Position numbers and translations under genes: made by a program | Notes under the pieces: model-generated | Database searches by the model: none | Seen by the model: only the letters and a program-made list of their open reading frames with translations | What the model was told of the DNA's origin: nothing | Shown here: one piece after another, positions 37,114-46,844 of the stretch | Numbering within the stretch: position 1 is the stretch's first letter | Layout: each line of letters opens with the position of its first letter | Source of the DNA: an uncultured Chloroflexia bacterium | GTDB lineage: Bacteria; Chloroflexota; Limnocylindria; Limnocylindrales; CSP1-4 | DNA: 64,000 nucleotides | Assembly: GCA_963713285.1 (NCBI GenBank) | Contig: CAVQLA010000009.1 | Coordinates: 1,652-65,651, forward strand | Direction of reading: 5' to 3'

Positions 37114-37572
37114 CTACCCTGCCGCCAGGCGTTCGAACCGAGCGCGGAGGCGCCGCAGGGCCCGGCGGTCCGGGCAGGCCACGAAGAGCGTGTCGTCGCC
37201 GGCGATCGAGCCGACGACCTCCGGCCAGCGCGCCCGGTCCAGCGAGGCCGCGATCGCGTGCGCGGAACCCGGCAGCGTGACGAGGACCAGCAGCGGGCCG
37301 GCCTCGCGAATCTCCACCGGGAGGTCGCGGAAGAGGCGCCGGAGCCGCTCCTCGCCGGTCGGGTCGGCGTCCGCGAGGCGCGGCGGCAGGGCATAGACGG
37401 AGATCCCGTCGCGGTGGGCCTTCACGAGCTGGAGCTCCGCGATGTCGCGGCTGATCGTCGCCTGCGTGGTCCGGAAGCCGCGCTCGCGGAGCGCGGCGGC
37501 CAGCTCCTGCTGGGTCCGGATGGGACGCTGCTCCACCAGGTCGCGGATCGCCCGCTGACGGAGCTGCTTCAT
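37114..37572 (-). CDS. argR: arginine repressor
   Basis: MKQLRQRAIRDLVEQRPIRTQQELAAALRERGFRTTQATISRDIAEL + C-terminal oligomerisation/arginine-binding domain (GDDTLFV). Confidence 0.9.
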   Translation of the reverse strand: MKQLRQRAIRDLVEQRPIRTQQELAAALRERGFRTTQATISRDIAELQLVKAHRDGISVYALPPRLADADPTGEERLRRLFRDLPVEIREAGPLLVLVTLPGSAHAIAASLDRARWPEVVGSIAGDDTLFVACPDRRALRRLRARFERLAAG

Positions 37573-37597
37573 CACTTCCACGGCGGCGGACCCGGCC

Positions 37598-38425
37598 CTA
37601 CGCGGAGAGGAAGTGGACGACGACGACGCCCGCCAGCACCAGGCGGTAGACGACGAAGATCGTCATCCGGTGGTTGCGCAGGTAGCGCAGGAGAACCGCG
37701 ATCGCAACGAATCCCGCCGCGGCGGCCGCCAGCATCCCGGCGATCAGGATCCCCGCATCGACCGGCACGCCGGCGTCGCCGGCGAGGAGCTTGCGGAACT
37801 CCCAGATCACCGCACCGAGGGTGATCGGCGTCGCCATCAGGAAGCTGAAGCGGGCCGCTCCCTCCCGCGTCAGGCCGGCGAAGAGGCCGGCGCTGATGCT
37901 GATGCCGGACCTGCTGATGCCCGGCACGAGCGCGATCGCCTGGGCGCATCCGATCCCGAACGCCGCGCCGAAGCCGAGGCCGTCGAGCTTCTTCGTCTGG
38001 CGGCCGAGCCGGTCGGCGGCCCACAGGATGCCGGCGCCGATCACGAGCGTCAGGGCCACGAGGAGCTCCTGCCTGACCTGCTCCTCGAAGAAGTCGTTGA
38101 GCGTGACGCCCACGACCACGGCGGGCGGGAGGGTCGCCGCGATCAGCCACGCCAGCTTGCGATCGGGGTCGCCCCGGAACGAGCGGTCGCGGAGGGTCGC
38201 AAGGCCCGCCGGGACGAGGCGGGCCCAGTCACGCCAGAAGTAGGCGAACAGGGCGACGAGCGTCCCGACGTGGAGCATCACGGTGAACGCCAGGGACGTG
38301 ATGAAGGGATCGTCCCAGCCCGCGATGTGCGGGACGACGAGCAGGTGGCCGGACGAGGAGATCGGCAGGAACTCGGTGAGCCCCTGGATGATCCCCATGA
38401 CGATGGCCTGGAGGAGCGTGTCCAT
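37598..38425 (-). CDS. uppP: undecaprenyl-diphosphate phosphatase (BacA/UppP)
   Basis: QGLTEFLPISSSGHL...GISRSGISISAGL motifs, 8 TM. Confidence 0.95.
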   Translation of the reverse strand: MDTLLQAIVMGIIQGLTEFLPISSSGHLLVVPHIAGWDDPFITSLAFTVMLHVGTLVALFAYFWRDWARLVPAGLATLRDRSFRGDPDRKLAWLIAATLPPAVVVGVTLNDFFEEQVRQELLVALTLVIGAGILWAADRLGRQTKKLDGLGFGAAFGIGCAQAIALVPGISRSGISISAGLFAGLTREGAARFSFLMATPITLGAVIWEFRKLLAGDAGVPVDAGILIAGMLAAAAAGFVAIAVLLRYLRNHRMTIFVVYRLVLAGVVVVHFLSA

Positions 38426-38479
38426 CGAATCTGAGGGCGGGCCGCGCCCCGAGGGGCGCGGCCCGCCGATCGATATCGC

Positions 38480-40732
38480 CTACAGGATGAAGAGCGGGGC
38501 GAGGACCAGGGTGATCGTCGCCAGCAGCTTCACGAGGACGTGCAGCGACGGGCCGGCCGTGTCCTTGAACGGGTCGCCCACCGTGTCGCCGACGACCGCC
38601 GCGGCGTGCGCGTCGCTCTTCTTGCCGAGGACGTTCCCGTCCGCGTCCGTGAGGTGACCGGACTCGATGTACTTCTTGGCGTTGTCCCACGCCCCGCCGC
38701 CGTTGTTGAGGACGGTCGCGAGGAGGACGCCGGCGATCGTGCCGACCATCAGGAGGCCGGCCACCGCCTCGTAGCCGAGCAGGACGCCCACGATGATCGG
38801 CGTCGCGACCGCCACGAGACCCGGGGCCACCATCTGCTTGAGAGCCGCCTTGGTCGTGATGTCGACCACCCGGGCGTAGTCCGGCTTGGCCGTGTAGTCC
38901 ATGATCCCGGGGATCTCGCGGAACTGGCGCCGGACCTCGACGATGATCGACTGGGCGGTCGTGCCGACGGCGCGGATGGCCAGCGAGCTGAAGAAGTAGA
39001 CCAGCATCGACGCGATGAGCGCGGCGACGAAGACGCTGACATCGGCGAGGTTGACGGACGTCATGAGCTCGACGCCCTCCTTGCCGGCCGCGATCTGGCG
39101 CCCGAGGATCAGGTTCACCTTGTCGATGTAGGCGCTGAAGAGCAGGAAGGCCGCCAGCGATGCCGACGCGATCGCGTAGCCCTTCGTCAGCGCCTTGGTC
39201 GTGTTGCCGACGGCGTCGAGGCGATCCGTGATCTCGCGGGCGTGCGCCTCGGCACGGCTGAACTCGGCGATGCCGCCCGCGTTGTCGGTGATCGGACCGA
39301 AGGTGTCCATCGCCAGGATGTAGGCGGTGGTCATGAGCATGCCCATCGTCGCGACGGCCGTCCCGAAGATGCCGCCGACGTTCCTGCCGTCCTCGCTGAG
39401 GAGGCCGGCCTGCTCGCCCAGCCAGTGGCTGGCCAGGAGGGCGATGCCGATCGTGATCGCGGTCACGAAGGTCGTCTCGTAGCCGACCGCGACGCCGCTG
39501 ATGATGTTCGTGGCCGGGCCCGTCTTGCTGGCCTCGGCGATCTCCTTGACCGGGCGGAACGTGCCGGCCGTGTAGTACTGCGTGATGTAGACGAACGCGA
39601 TGCTGGTGGCGAGGCCGACGACGCCGGCGCCGAAGAACCAGATCCAGGTCGGGATGTCGTTCGCGCCCGTCTGGGTGCCCGTCTGCATCATCACGTTGGT
39701 GACGAACGCGAGGGCGACCACGGACAGGGCGGTCGTGACCCAGTAGCCCCGGTTGAGCATGTTCATGGGGTTCTCGTCCTCGCGCCCGCGGACGAAGAAG
39801 ATGGCGATGATGGTCGCGAGCAGGCCGAAGGCGCGAACGACGAGCGGGAAGAAGATCCAGGCCTCGGGGTTGGCCCAGCCGGCGTTCGTCGCGACGGCGT
39901 AGACGCCGACGCCCAGGATCATGGCCCCGATGTTCTCGGCGGCGGTCGACTCGAAGAGGTCGGCGCCGCGGCCGGCGCAGTCGCCGACGTTGTCGCCCAC
40001 GAGGTCGGCGATGACACCCGCGTTGCGCGGGTCGTCCTCGGGGATCCCCGCCTCGACCTTGCCGACGAGGTCGGCGCCGACGTCGGCGGCCTTGGTGTAG
40101 ATGCCGCCGCCCAGCTGGGCGAAGAGGGCCACGAAGCTGGCGCCGAAGCCGAAGCCGACGATGAGGAACGGCGCCTGGGCCACGGTCTCCGAGTTCAGGC
40201 CGCCGAACGCCGCGAACATCAGGTAGACGCCGAGGAGCGACAGGGAGACCACGAGGAAGCCGGAGACGGCCCCGCCGCGCATCGCGACCTGGACGGCCTC
40301 GACGAGGCTGCGGCGGGCCGCGGCGGCCGTCCGGACGTTCGCCTTCACGGCGACGAACATCCCGATGATCCCGGAGGCCATCGAGCAGGCCGCTCCGACG
40401 AGGAAGGCGATCGCGGTGCGGATGCCAAGCTCCACCCCGAAGACCGACGTGTCGGCGACCTCCTCGGTCTCGAAGAATGAGATGACGAACCCGATCGCGA
40501 CCGCGCCGAGGACGGCGAGGACGGCGATCGTCACGTACTGGCGGCGGATGAAGGCGACGGCGCCCTCGAAGATCGTCGCTGCGACGGCCTCCATCTCCTT
40601 CGTCCCGGTGTCGCGCCGGAGCACATCCCGGGCCAGGTACAGGGCGAAGGCGATGGCGATGAGCCCCGCCGGCAGGATGATGAGCTGGAGCTGTTCGGGG
40701 CTCATGGGCTGGTTCTGCGACCTCCCTGTCAC
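38480..40732 (-). CDS. hppA: membrane-bound proton-translocating pyrophosphatase (H+-PPase)
   Basis: Full-length 750 aa with hallmark blocks GGGIYTKAADVGADLVGKVE, DNVGDCAGRGADLF, DTVGDPFKDTAGPSL. Confidence 0.95.
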   Translation of the reverse strand: MTGRSQNQPMSPEQLQLIILPAGLIAIAFALYLARDVLRRDTGTKEMEAVAATIFEGAVAFIRRQYVTIAVLAVLGAVAIGFVISFFETEEVADTSVFGVELGIRTAIAFLVGAACSMASGIIGMFVAVKANVRTAAAARRSLVEAVQVAMRGGAVSGFLVVSLSLLGVYLMFAAFGGLNSETVAQAPFLIVGFGFGASFVALFAQLGGGIYTKAADVGADLVGKVEAGIPEDDPRNAGVIADLVGDNVGDCAGRGADLFESTAAENIGAMILGVGVYAVATNAGWANPEAWIFFPLVVRAFGLLATIIAIFFVRGREDENPMNMLNRGYWVTTALSVVALAFVTNVMMQTGTQTGANDIPTWIWFFGAGVVGLATSIAFVYITQYYTAGTFRPVKEIAEASKTGPATNIISGVAVGYETTFVTAITIGIALLASHWLGEQAGLLSEDGRNVGGIFGTAVATMGMLMTTAYILAMDTFGPITDNAGGIAEFSRAEAHAREITDRLDAVGNTTKALTKGYAIASASLAAFLLFSAYIDKVNLILGRQIAAGKEGVELMTSVNLADVSVFVAALIASMLVYFFSSLAIRAVGTTAQSIIVEVRRQFREIPGIMDYTAKPDYARVVDITTKAALKQMVAPGLVAVATPIIVGVLLGYEAVAGLLMVGTIAGVLLATVLNNGGGAWDNAKKYIESGHLTDADGNVLGKKSDAHAAAVVGDTVGDPFKDTAGPSLHVLVKLLATITLVLAPLFIL

Positions 40733-40947
40733 GCACAGCCGTCCGCGTGGGCGCGACCGTCGCGCCGGGGACGAGGGATCGTTGGTGCGCCTGGGGACCG
40801 CCGGTCCTCCTGGGGCAGGATGCCGGGGCGGCTCAGGCCGCGGGCGAGTGTATCAACTGCCGGAAGCGCGGGTCAAACGCGGATATCTCACGATTTATGC
40901 ATCGCTGCGCACGCGCGCACGCCCGCCGAGCCCCGGGGGCGGGGGCC

Positions 40948-41580
40948 ATGCCGTGCCCCTATACTGCCGATCTTGTGACACGCCGCCCCCTCGGGTGCCT
41001 CTTCGAGATCGTCGAGACGCTCGTCCTCACCCTGATCATCTTCTTCGTCATCCAGACGTTCGTCGCCCAGCCCTACCGGGTCGAGCAGCAATCGATGGAA
41101 CGGACGCTCGAGCCCGACCAGTACGTGCTCGTGGACAAGCTGACGCCCCGCTTCGACGCGTACTCGCGCGGCGACATCGTGGTCTTCGAGCCGCCGGAGG
41201 CGTGGGTCCAGGGCGGACCGAGGACCCCGTTCATCAAGCGGGTCATCGGGCTCCCGGGCGAGACGGTCGAGATCAAGGACGGGGTGATCTTCATCGACGG
41301 TGCCCGGCTCGAGGAGCCGTACGTGTACGACCTCCAGCCGACGACGGCGAGCGAGGAGCCGGCCAGCTGGGTGATCCCCGAGGACGAGGTCTTCGTGATG
41401 GGCGATCACCGCGCGGCGTCGGCCGATTCGCGCGCGTTCGGGCCGATCCAGCGGACCACGGTCATCGGGCGCGCCTGGCTCCGCTACTGGCCCATCTCCA
41501 GCCTGGGGATCCTTCCCACGCCCGAGTACCCGACGCCCCCCGGGAACGGCGACGCGAGGCCCAGCCCGGCCGCGCCGTGA
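40948..41580 (+). CDS. lepB: signal peptidase I
   Basis: TM anchor, catalytic Ser box QSMERTL, GDIVVF, RVIGLPGETVEI, GDHRAASADSRAFGPI (Lys box). Start could also be 40897. Confidence 0.9.
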   Translation: MPCPYTADLVTRRPLGCLFEIVETLVLTLIIFFVIQTFVAQPYRVEQQSMERTLEPDQYVLVDKLTPRFDAYSRGDIVVFEPPEAWVQGGPRTPFIKRVIGLPGETVEIKDGVIFIDGARLEEPYVYDLQPTTASEEPASWVIPEDEVFVMGDHRAASADSRAFGPIQRTTVIGRAWLRYWPISSLGILPTPEYPTPPGNGDARPSPAAP

Positions 41581-42233
41581 CCTGGCTCCTCGCAGCGGCC
41601 GGCGCGCTGGTCATCCTCGGGGCCGGGGTCGCGGTCGGCGCGCGGGACGCCCGCAACGCCACCGGCGGGGCCCTCGTCGCGCTCGTCCTCGCGCCGTTCG
41701 TGGCGGATCCCATTCCCTCCTCGCCCGAGCTCGCGTTCCGGATCGTGGCCGGCGTGCTCACGGCCTTCCTGCTCCTGGTGGCCGCCCGCGGCGCCGGCGA
41801 CGAGGCCCCGCCGCCGCTCGGCCTGCCCGGAACGCTGGCCGCGGCGGCCGCCGCGTTCGTGGCCGGCCTGGGAGCCACGGCCGTCGGGCTGCCCGCGTTC
41901 GGCGCGAGCGCCGCCCTCGCCGCCGGGCTGGCCTGCCTGGCCGTCGCGACGCCGTCGATCGCACGAGCCGGCACGCCGTTCCGCCTGGGCATGGCCCTGG
42001 TCGTCCTCCTCGGCGGCGGCCTCATGGTGCGCGCGGGCCTGGTGGGGACGCCGCCCGCCCTCGAGACCATGGTCGCCGGCGTGGCCCTCGCCGGCCTTGC
42101 CGGCGCGGTGCTCGCCCTCGGTCGATCGGCGGCCGCCTCTGCCGCCCGTGACGCGGCGCCGCCCCGCGAGACGACCCGGCCTCGCCTGCCGGTCGGGCCG
42201 GACGCCGCCCGGCCGCGGCGCCCCGGCGGCTGA
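41577..42233 (+). CDS. hypothetical polytopic membrane protein (~6 TM), Ala/Gly/Leu-rich
   Basis: GTG start overlaps the lepB stop. The hydrophobicity pattern is continuous over 218 aa. No family recognised. Confidence 0.4.
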   Translation: MTWLLAAAGALVILGAGVAVGARDARNATGGALVALVLAPFVADPIPSSPELAFRIVAGVLTAFLLLVAARGAGDEAPPPLGLPGTLAAAAAAFVAGLGATAVGLPAFGASAALAAGLACLAVATPSIARAGTPFRLGMALVVLLGGGLMVRAGLVGTPPALETMVAGVALAGLAGAVLALGRSAAASAARDAAPPRETTRPRLPVGPDAARPRRPGG

Positions 42234-42243
42234 GCGCCCCCAC

Positions 42244-43860
42244 GTGAGCCTCCTGCCGTTCCTAGGGGTGACCATCGCGGGGGCGCTGGTGACGCTCGCG
42301 CTTCACCGACGGCGTACCGCCGGGAGCGTCGCGGGGCTCGTCTCGGTGGCGGCCTCCCTCCTCGCGCTCGTCCTGGCGACGCCGGGCGAACCCCTGCTGG
42401 TGGGCGGCGGGGCGCTGGCCCTCACCGACTACACGCGCATCCTCCTCGGCGTCGGGCTGGCGGGGGGCCTGGCCGTCCTGGCCGTCAGCCGCCTCGCAAC
42501 GTGGGAGGCGATGGGCCCCGCCACCCTCCTCGTCGCCACGGCGGGCCTGGGCCTGGGGCTCGGGATCGCCGGCGCGCTGCCCGGTCTCCTCCTCGCCGGG
42601 GCGGCGGCCACGCTTGCCGGCACCGTGGCGCTCGCCCACCCTGCCACGCCGGTGCGGGTCCGGGCGCTCGCGCGCGAGCTCCGCGGCGCGACCGTCGCGA
42701 CGACCGTGGGCCTCATCGCCGTGGGGCTGGTCCCGGAGGAGATCGGCGGGCTGGCCGTCCAGCCCCAGGTTGCCGGGCTCGCGGCCGTCGCCGCCGGGCT
42801 GGCCCTCGGACATCGGCTGGGAGCGATCCCCCTGCACGCGCGGGTCGCCCGCCTCACCGACGCGGCTCCCGCCTCGACGCTGCCGACGCTGCTCGTCCTG
42901 CTTCCCGCGGGCTGGGCCGTCGTCGTCCTCGGCTGGGCTCCCGACACCCTGGGCCCTGCCGCGCCCGTGCTCGGCTGGGACGGCACGCTCCTGGTCCTGA
43001 TCGGGCTGACGACGCTCGTGCTGGGCACGTTCGCCGCCCTGATCCAGGACGACCTGCTCCGGATCATCGCCTACACGGTGGTCCTCGACGCGGGGGTCGT
43101 GGTCCTCGGCTACTCCTCGCTGGACCCGGTCGGTCGCGAGGCGGTGCGAGCGTGGCTCGTCCCGTTCGTCGCGAGCCGCACGGCGCTGGTGGGCTGGGCG
43201 ATCGCCTTCCGCGCCGCGTTCGCCACGACCCACCTGTCAGAAGCGCGCGGCTGGCTCCGGCGGGCACCCGCGCTGGGCGTCGCGCTCGCCGGGATCGGCG
43301 TCGCGACCGTCGGCTGGCCGGGGTTCCTCGTCTGGGACGCGCGCCTGGACGCGTTGCAGGCGGCCACGGCAGGCCCGGCGCTGCTGGTGGCCTCGCTCGC
43401 CTCGCTCGGTGCGGCCATCGCCGTCGCGCGGATCCTCGGCACCGGCCTCGGGCGGCCCGAGCCGCGGGTCGTCGCCGCCGCGGGCGAGCTCGCCCGGGTG
43501 CCGGCCGGCCTTCGCGCCGCCGCCAGGGCGTTCCGCGCTCCCGACGGCCGCCGTGGCGCGGCCCTCCGGGCCGCCACCCACGAGGCACGACCGCTCCTCG
43601 AGCTGAACCGGACGCCGTTGCGGGCGCTGCTCGTGGTGATGCTCGCCGGCCTGGCCCTCATGAGCGCGGCGGGAGCCTTCGGCATCCGGGAGGCTGCCGC
43701 CCAGCCGGACATCCCGATCCCGGTGCCGTCCGCTCCGCCCCCCGATCTGCTGCCCGTGGTGACGCCGTCCCAGGAGCCGGACGTCCCGCCGGAGGAGTCG
43801 CCCGCGCCGGAATCGTCGCTCCCGCCCGTGCCCGAGCCGTCGGGAACGCCGGCCGCATAG
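42244..43860 (+). CDS. proton-conducting membrane transporter family protein (NuoN/NuoL/MnhD-like, PF00361-type) with a Pro/Glu-rich C-terminal tail; orphan (no other complex I/Mrp genes in the window)
   Basis: LTTLVLGTFAALIQDDLLRIIAYTVVLDAGVVVLGYSS resembles the conserved NuoN/MnhD helix (GNLAAL.Q.NIKRLLAYSSI.H.G). ~14 TM. GTG start. Confidence 0.55.
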   Translation: MSLLPFLGVTIAGALVTLALHRRRTAGSVAGLVSVAASLLALVLATPGEPLLVGGGALALTDYTRILLGVGLAGGLAVLAVSRLATWEAMGPATLLVATAGLGLGLGIAGALPGLLLAGAAATLAGTVALAHPATPVRVRALARELRGATVATTVGLIAVGLVPEEIGGLAVQPQVAGLAAVAAGLALGHRLGAIPLHARVARLTDAAPASTLPTLLVLLPAGWAVVVLGWAPDTLGPAAPVLGWDGTLLVLIGLTTLVLGTFAALIQDDLLRIIAYTVVLDAGVVVLGYSSLDPVGREAVRAWLVPFVASRTALVGWAIAFRAAFATTHLSEARGWLRRAPALGVALAGIGVATVGWPGFLVWDARLDALQAATAGPALLVASLASLGAAIAVARILGTGLGRPEPRVVAAAGELARVPAGLRAAARAFRAPDGRRGAALRAATHEARPLLELNRTPLRALLVVMLAGLALMSAAGAFGIREAAAQPDIPIPVPSAPPPDLLPVVTPSQEPDVPPEESPAPESSLPPVPEPSGTPAA

Positions 43861-43931
43861 GCTCTCCTGGCCGCGCAGGCCGTCGCCGGCCGCGCAGGCC
43901 CGCCAGGCCGCGCAGGCCCTCGCCCTGCCCC

Positions 43932-44390
43932 TCAGCCCTCCGGCGAGAGCACCCAGCGATCGACGTCGCGGGCGTACTCCAGCAGGCCCTCCGGGAACCA
44001 CAGGGCGAGCTCCGAGGCGGCCGTCTCCGGGCCGTCCGAGGCGTGGATCAGGTTCTGGGCGACGACGACCGCGAAGTCACCGCGGAGGGTTCCGGGGGCC
44101 GCCTCCCATGGACGGGTGGCACCGACCATGGCGCGCACCACGGAGATCGCGTTCGGCCCCTCGACGGCCATCGCGACGAGCGGGCTCGAGGTGATGAACT
44201 CGACCAGGCCGGCGAAGAACGGGCGCTCGCGGTGCACGGCGTAGTGCTGCTCCGCGAGCTCGCGCGTCACGTGGACGAGCTTGAGGCCGACGAGCTTGAG
44301 GCCCTTGTCCTCGAACCGGCCGATCACGCGTCCCACGAGGAGGCGCTGGACGCCGTCGGGCTTGATCAGGACGAGGCTGCGTTCGGTCAC
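43932..44390 (-). CDS. ndk: nucleoside diphosphate kinase
   Basis: ERSLVLIKPDGVQR...NLIHASD(G) active-site His block. 152 aa. GTG start with gggag RBS. Confidence 0.92.
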   Translation of the reverse strand: MTERSLVLIKPDGVQRLLVGRVIGRFEDKGLKLVGLKLVHVTRELAEQHYAVHRERPFFAGLVEFITSSPLVAMAVEGPNAISVVRAMVGATRPWEAAPGTLRGDFAVVVAQNLIHASDGPETAASELALWFPEGLLEYARDVDRWVLSPEG

Positions 44391-45235
44391 TGGGAGCTCC
44401 CTGGGGGGCCGGCCTCGGCCGGCGCGAGGGCGAGACGTTCGGCGGAAGCGTAGGCGATCCGCGCCTCCTCGTGCCGCCCGGCCGCCCGAAGCGCCTCCGC
44501 CCGCACGAAGGCGAAGGCGGCAGCGTGCGCCGGCCCCGGATCGACCCCGTCGAGGGACCCCAGGACGGCCTCGGCCGCCGCACGATCGGCGCGCAGGGCG
44601 AGGGTGAGGAGGACGGCCGCTCGCTCGGGCGCCTCGGCCGCGAGCGAGGCGCCGGCCCGCGCGAGCTCGGCGGCGGCGGGGGTGATCGGCGTGGCGCGCC
44701 CCTCCGCCGCCCGCGCCTGCCCCGCGGCCGCGCGCGCGGCCCCGGCGACGACCGCGGCCGGGGCTCCCTCTGCGCCCTGCGCCCCGGGACCCGGGGCGGG
44801 CGTCGCGTCGGTCGCCTCGGCGCCCCACGGCCAGGCGGCCCGGGCCGCGATCCCCGCCAGGATCGCGTCCAGCGTGTCCCGATCGCCCAGGCCCACCGCC
44901 GCGGCCTCGACGTGGACCGCGGCCTCCGCGGCCCGGCCGCGCTCGGCCGCGGCCTCGGCGCAGATCACGTGGGCCAGGACCAGCGGGGCGCCGGCCGCGT
45001 CGCCTTCCTCGAGCCACGTCATCGCGGCCGCCGCGGCTCCCGGCAGGTCGCCGGTCCGCCAGCGCACCTCCGCGAGGTCGAGGACGGCGTCGCGATCGAG
45101 GCGGTCTGCGCCGGCGAGCGTCTCGAGCTCGGCGCGGGCAAGAGCGTAGGTGCCGCCCCGGAGGTGGAGGTGCGCGAGCCGGAGGTCGGCCGACCGGCTC
45201 GCGGCGGGCCGGGGCTCGGGGACGGGCGCCGTCAT
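44387..45235 (-). CDS. hypothetical Ala-rich helical-repeat (TPR-like) protein
   Basis: Start overlaps the M16 peptidase stop (ATGA) and stop overlaps the ndk start (GTGA), so operon context supports translation. No specific family. Confidence 0.5.
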   Translation of the reverse strand: MTAPVPEPRPAASRSADLRLAHLHLRGGTYALARAELETLAGADRLDRDAVLDLAEVRWRTGDLPGAAAAAMTWLEEGDAAGAPLVLAHVICAEAAAERGRAAEAAVHVEAAAVGLGDRDTLDAILAGIAARAAWPWGAEATDATPAPGPGAQGAEGAPAAVVAGAARAAAGQARAAEGRATPITPAAAELARAGASLAAEAPERAAVLLTLALRADRAAAEAVLGSLDGVDPGPAHAAAFAFVRAEALRAAGRHEEARIAYASAERLALAPAEAGPPGSSQ

Positions 45236-46521
45236 CGGGGAGCCGGGCCCGGGGATGCCGGGATCCGGAGCGTGCGCTCCAGGGCCCGTCCCTTGCCGGC
45301 CGGGGCCACCACCGCCAGGCGAAGGCCGTCGTCGTGGAAGAGCCGGCTCGAGAGCGCGGTCACGTCGTCGGCCGTCACCGCCTCGATGGCGGCCAGCGCC
45401 TCGTCGGGCGTCATGACCCGGTCGTGGAGGGCCTCCTGGGTGCCGATCCACGACGCCAGGTAGCGCGTCTCGTCGAGGCGGAGCTCGAGGCGCCCGGCAA
45501 GGTAGGCCTTCACCTTCTCGATCTCCGCGTCCGGCACCCGCTCGTCGCGGAGGCGGGCCAGCTCCTCGAGCACCGCGGCGATCGTCGGCCGGATCTTGGC
45601 CGGGTCGACCCCCGCGTACACCGAGACGACGCCGGCATCGGAGTAGCTGATGATCGAGCTCCCCACGTCGTAGGCCAGGCCCCGCTCCTCGCGGACTTCG
45701 AGGAAGAGCCGGCTGGACATCCCGTCGCCGAGGACCGCGTTGAGGACCGTGAGCGTCCATTGGTCCGGGTGGTCGCGCCGCAGGCCCGGGACGCCCACGA
45801 TGAGCTGCGCCTGGGTGGTGGCCCGGGTCGCCCGCACGAACCGCTCGCCGGCCGGGATGGCCGGCGCCGGCGCGTACGCCGGGATCGCGCCGTTCCCGGT
45901 CCCGAACGCGTCGGCCGCCAGCCGCACGATCACCTCGTGGGCGATGTCGCCCGAGGCGGCCACGACCACGTTCGCGGGCCGGTAGTACGTGCCCCAGAAG
46001 CGGTGGATCGCGTCCGCCGGCAGCTCGCGGACGCTCTCGACCGTTCCGGCGATCTCGCGGCCGAGCGGCGTGTCGTCGAAGACGGCGAGGTCGAACAGGA
46101 CGTTGGCATGCTCGGCCGGGTCGTCGAGGTAGGAGCGGATCTCCTCGACGATGACGTCGCGCTCCTGCTCGATCTCCTTCTCGTCGAGGAGCGGGCGCTC
46201 CACCAGCTCGCCCAGGACCCGCATCGCCAGGGCGGCGTGACGCACGGGGACGCGCACGTAGTAGACCGTCGACTCGCGGTCGGTCGAGGCGTTGAACGTC
46301 CCGCCGATCCCCTCCACGGCCTCGGAGAGCGCGCGCGTCGTCGGGAAGTCCCGGGTCCCCTTGAAGGTCAGGTGCTCCATGAAGTGGGCACAGCCCGCCT
46401 GGTCGGCGCCCTCGTGGCGGGAGCCGGCCAGGACGTGCGCCTCGATCGTGACCGACCGGGAGCCGGGCAGCCGCGCGGAGATGACGCGCGGCCCGTCGGG
46501 CAGCGCGGTGCGTTCGAACAT
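45232..46521 (-). CDS. M16-family zinc metallopeptidase (insulinase/pitrilysin-like)
   Basis: Inverted zinc-binding motif HFMEHLTFKGT (HxxEH), 429 aa. Confidence 0.85.
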   Translation of the reverse strand: MFERTALPDGPRVISARLPGSRSVTIEAHVLAGSRHEGADQAGCAHFMEHLTFKGTRDFPTTRALSEAVEGIGGTFNASTDRESTVYYVRVPVRHAALAMRVLGELVERPLLDEKEIEQERDVIVEEIRSYLDDPAEHANVLFDLAVFDDTPLGREIAGTVESVRELPADAIHRFWGTYYRPANVVVAASGDIAHEVIVRLAADAFGTGNGAIPAYAPAPAIPAGERFVRATRATTQAQLIVGVPGLRRDHPDQWTLTVLNAVLGDGMSSRLFLEVREERGLAYDVGSSIISYSDAGVVSVYAGVDPAKIRPTIAAVLEELARLRDERVPDAEIEKVKAYLAGRLELRLDETRYLASWIGTQEALHDRVMTPDEALAAIEAVTADDVTALSSRLFHDDGLRLAVVAPAGKGRALERTLRIPASPGPAPR

Positions 46522-46844
46522 CGGGCGGAAGGGTATCGGAAATGGCGCCGCGCGCGAGCGGAGTCTCACGTGGCCGCACGCGATGGCCCGCGGTTGCAGG
46601 ATCCGGCGCCCGGTGTGACCCATGGGAGCAGGAGGCTTGCCGACGCCGCGATTCCCCGCCCGACGGGGAACCGTCCCGCCCCCGGAAGGGGGCCCAACGG
46701 CCCTTCGACGGGGCCACCCGCGGACTATCCTTGGGGCGCGCGATCCGGCCCGACTGGGGCCCGGTTCGCCGGGCAGCAGGCAGCGCCGAGCGCCCCCAGC
46801 GTGCCTGCCGGCCCTCATGGTGCTCGCTTGGAGGAGAGGACACG

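Noticed and set aside
38229-42233. ORFs 38229-40736(-), 38540-40480(+), 40365-42233(+, first 1.2 kb)
   Set aside because: Shadow frames of hppA. The genuine hppA frame (38480-40732) carries all H+-PPase hallmark motifs. Only the last 657 nt of the 40365-42233 ORF (41577-42233) was retained, as a possible membrane protein.
43861-43931. Three direct copies of ccgcgcaggcc between the convergent NuoN-like and ndk genes
   Set aside because: Short direct (not inverted) repeats in a GC-rich intergenic spacer. No hairpin terminator could be drawn convincingly. Likely compositional.
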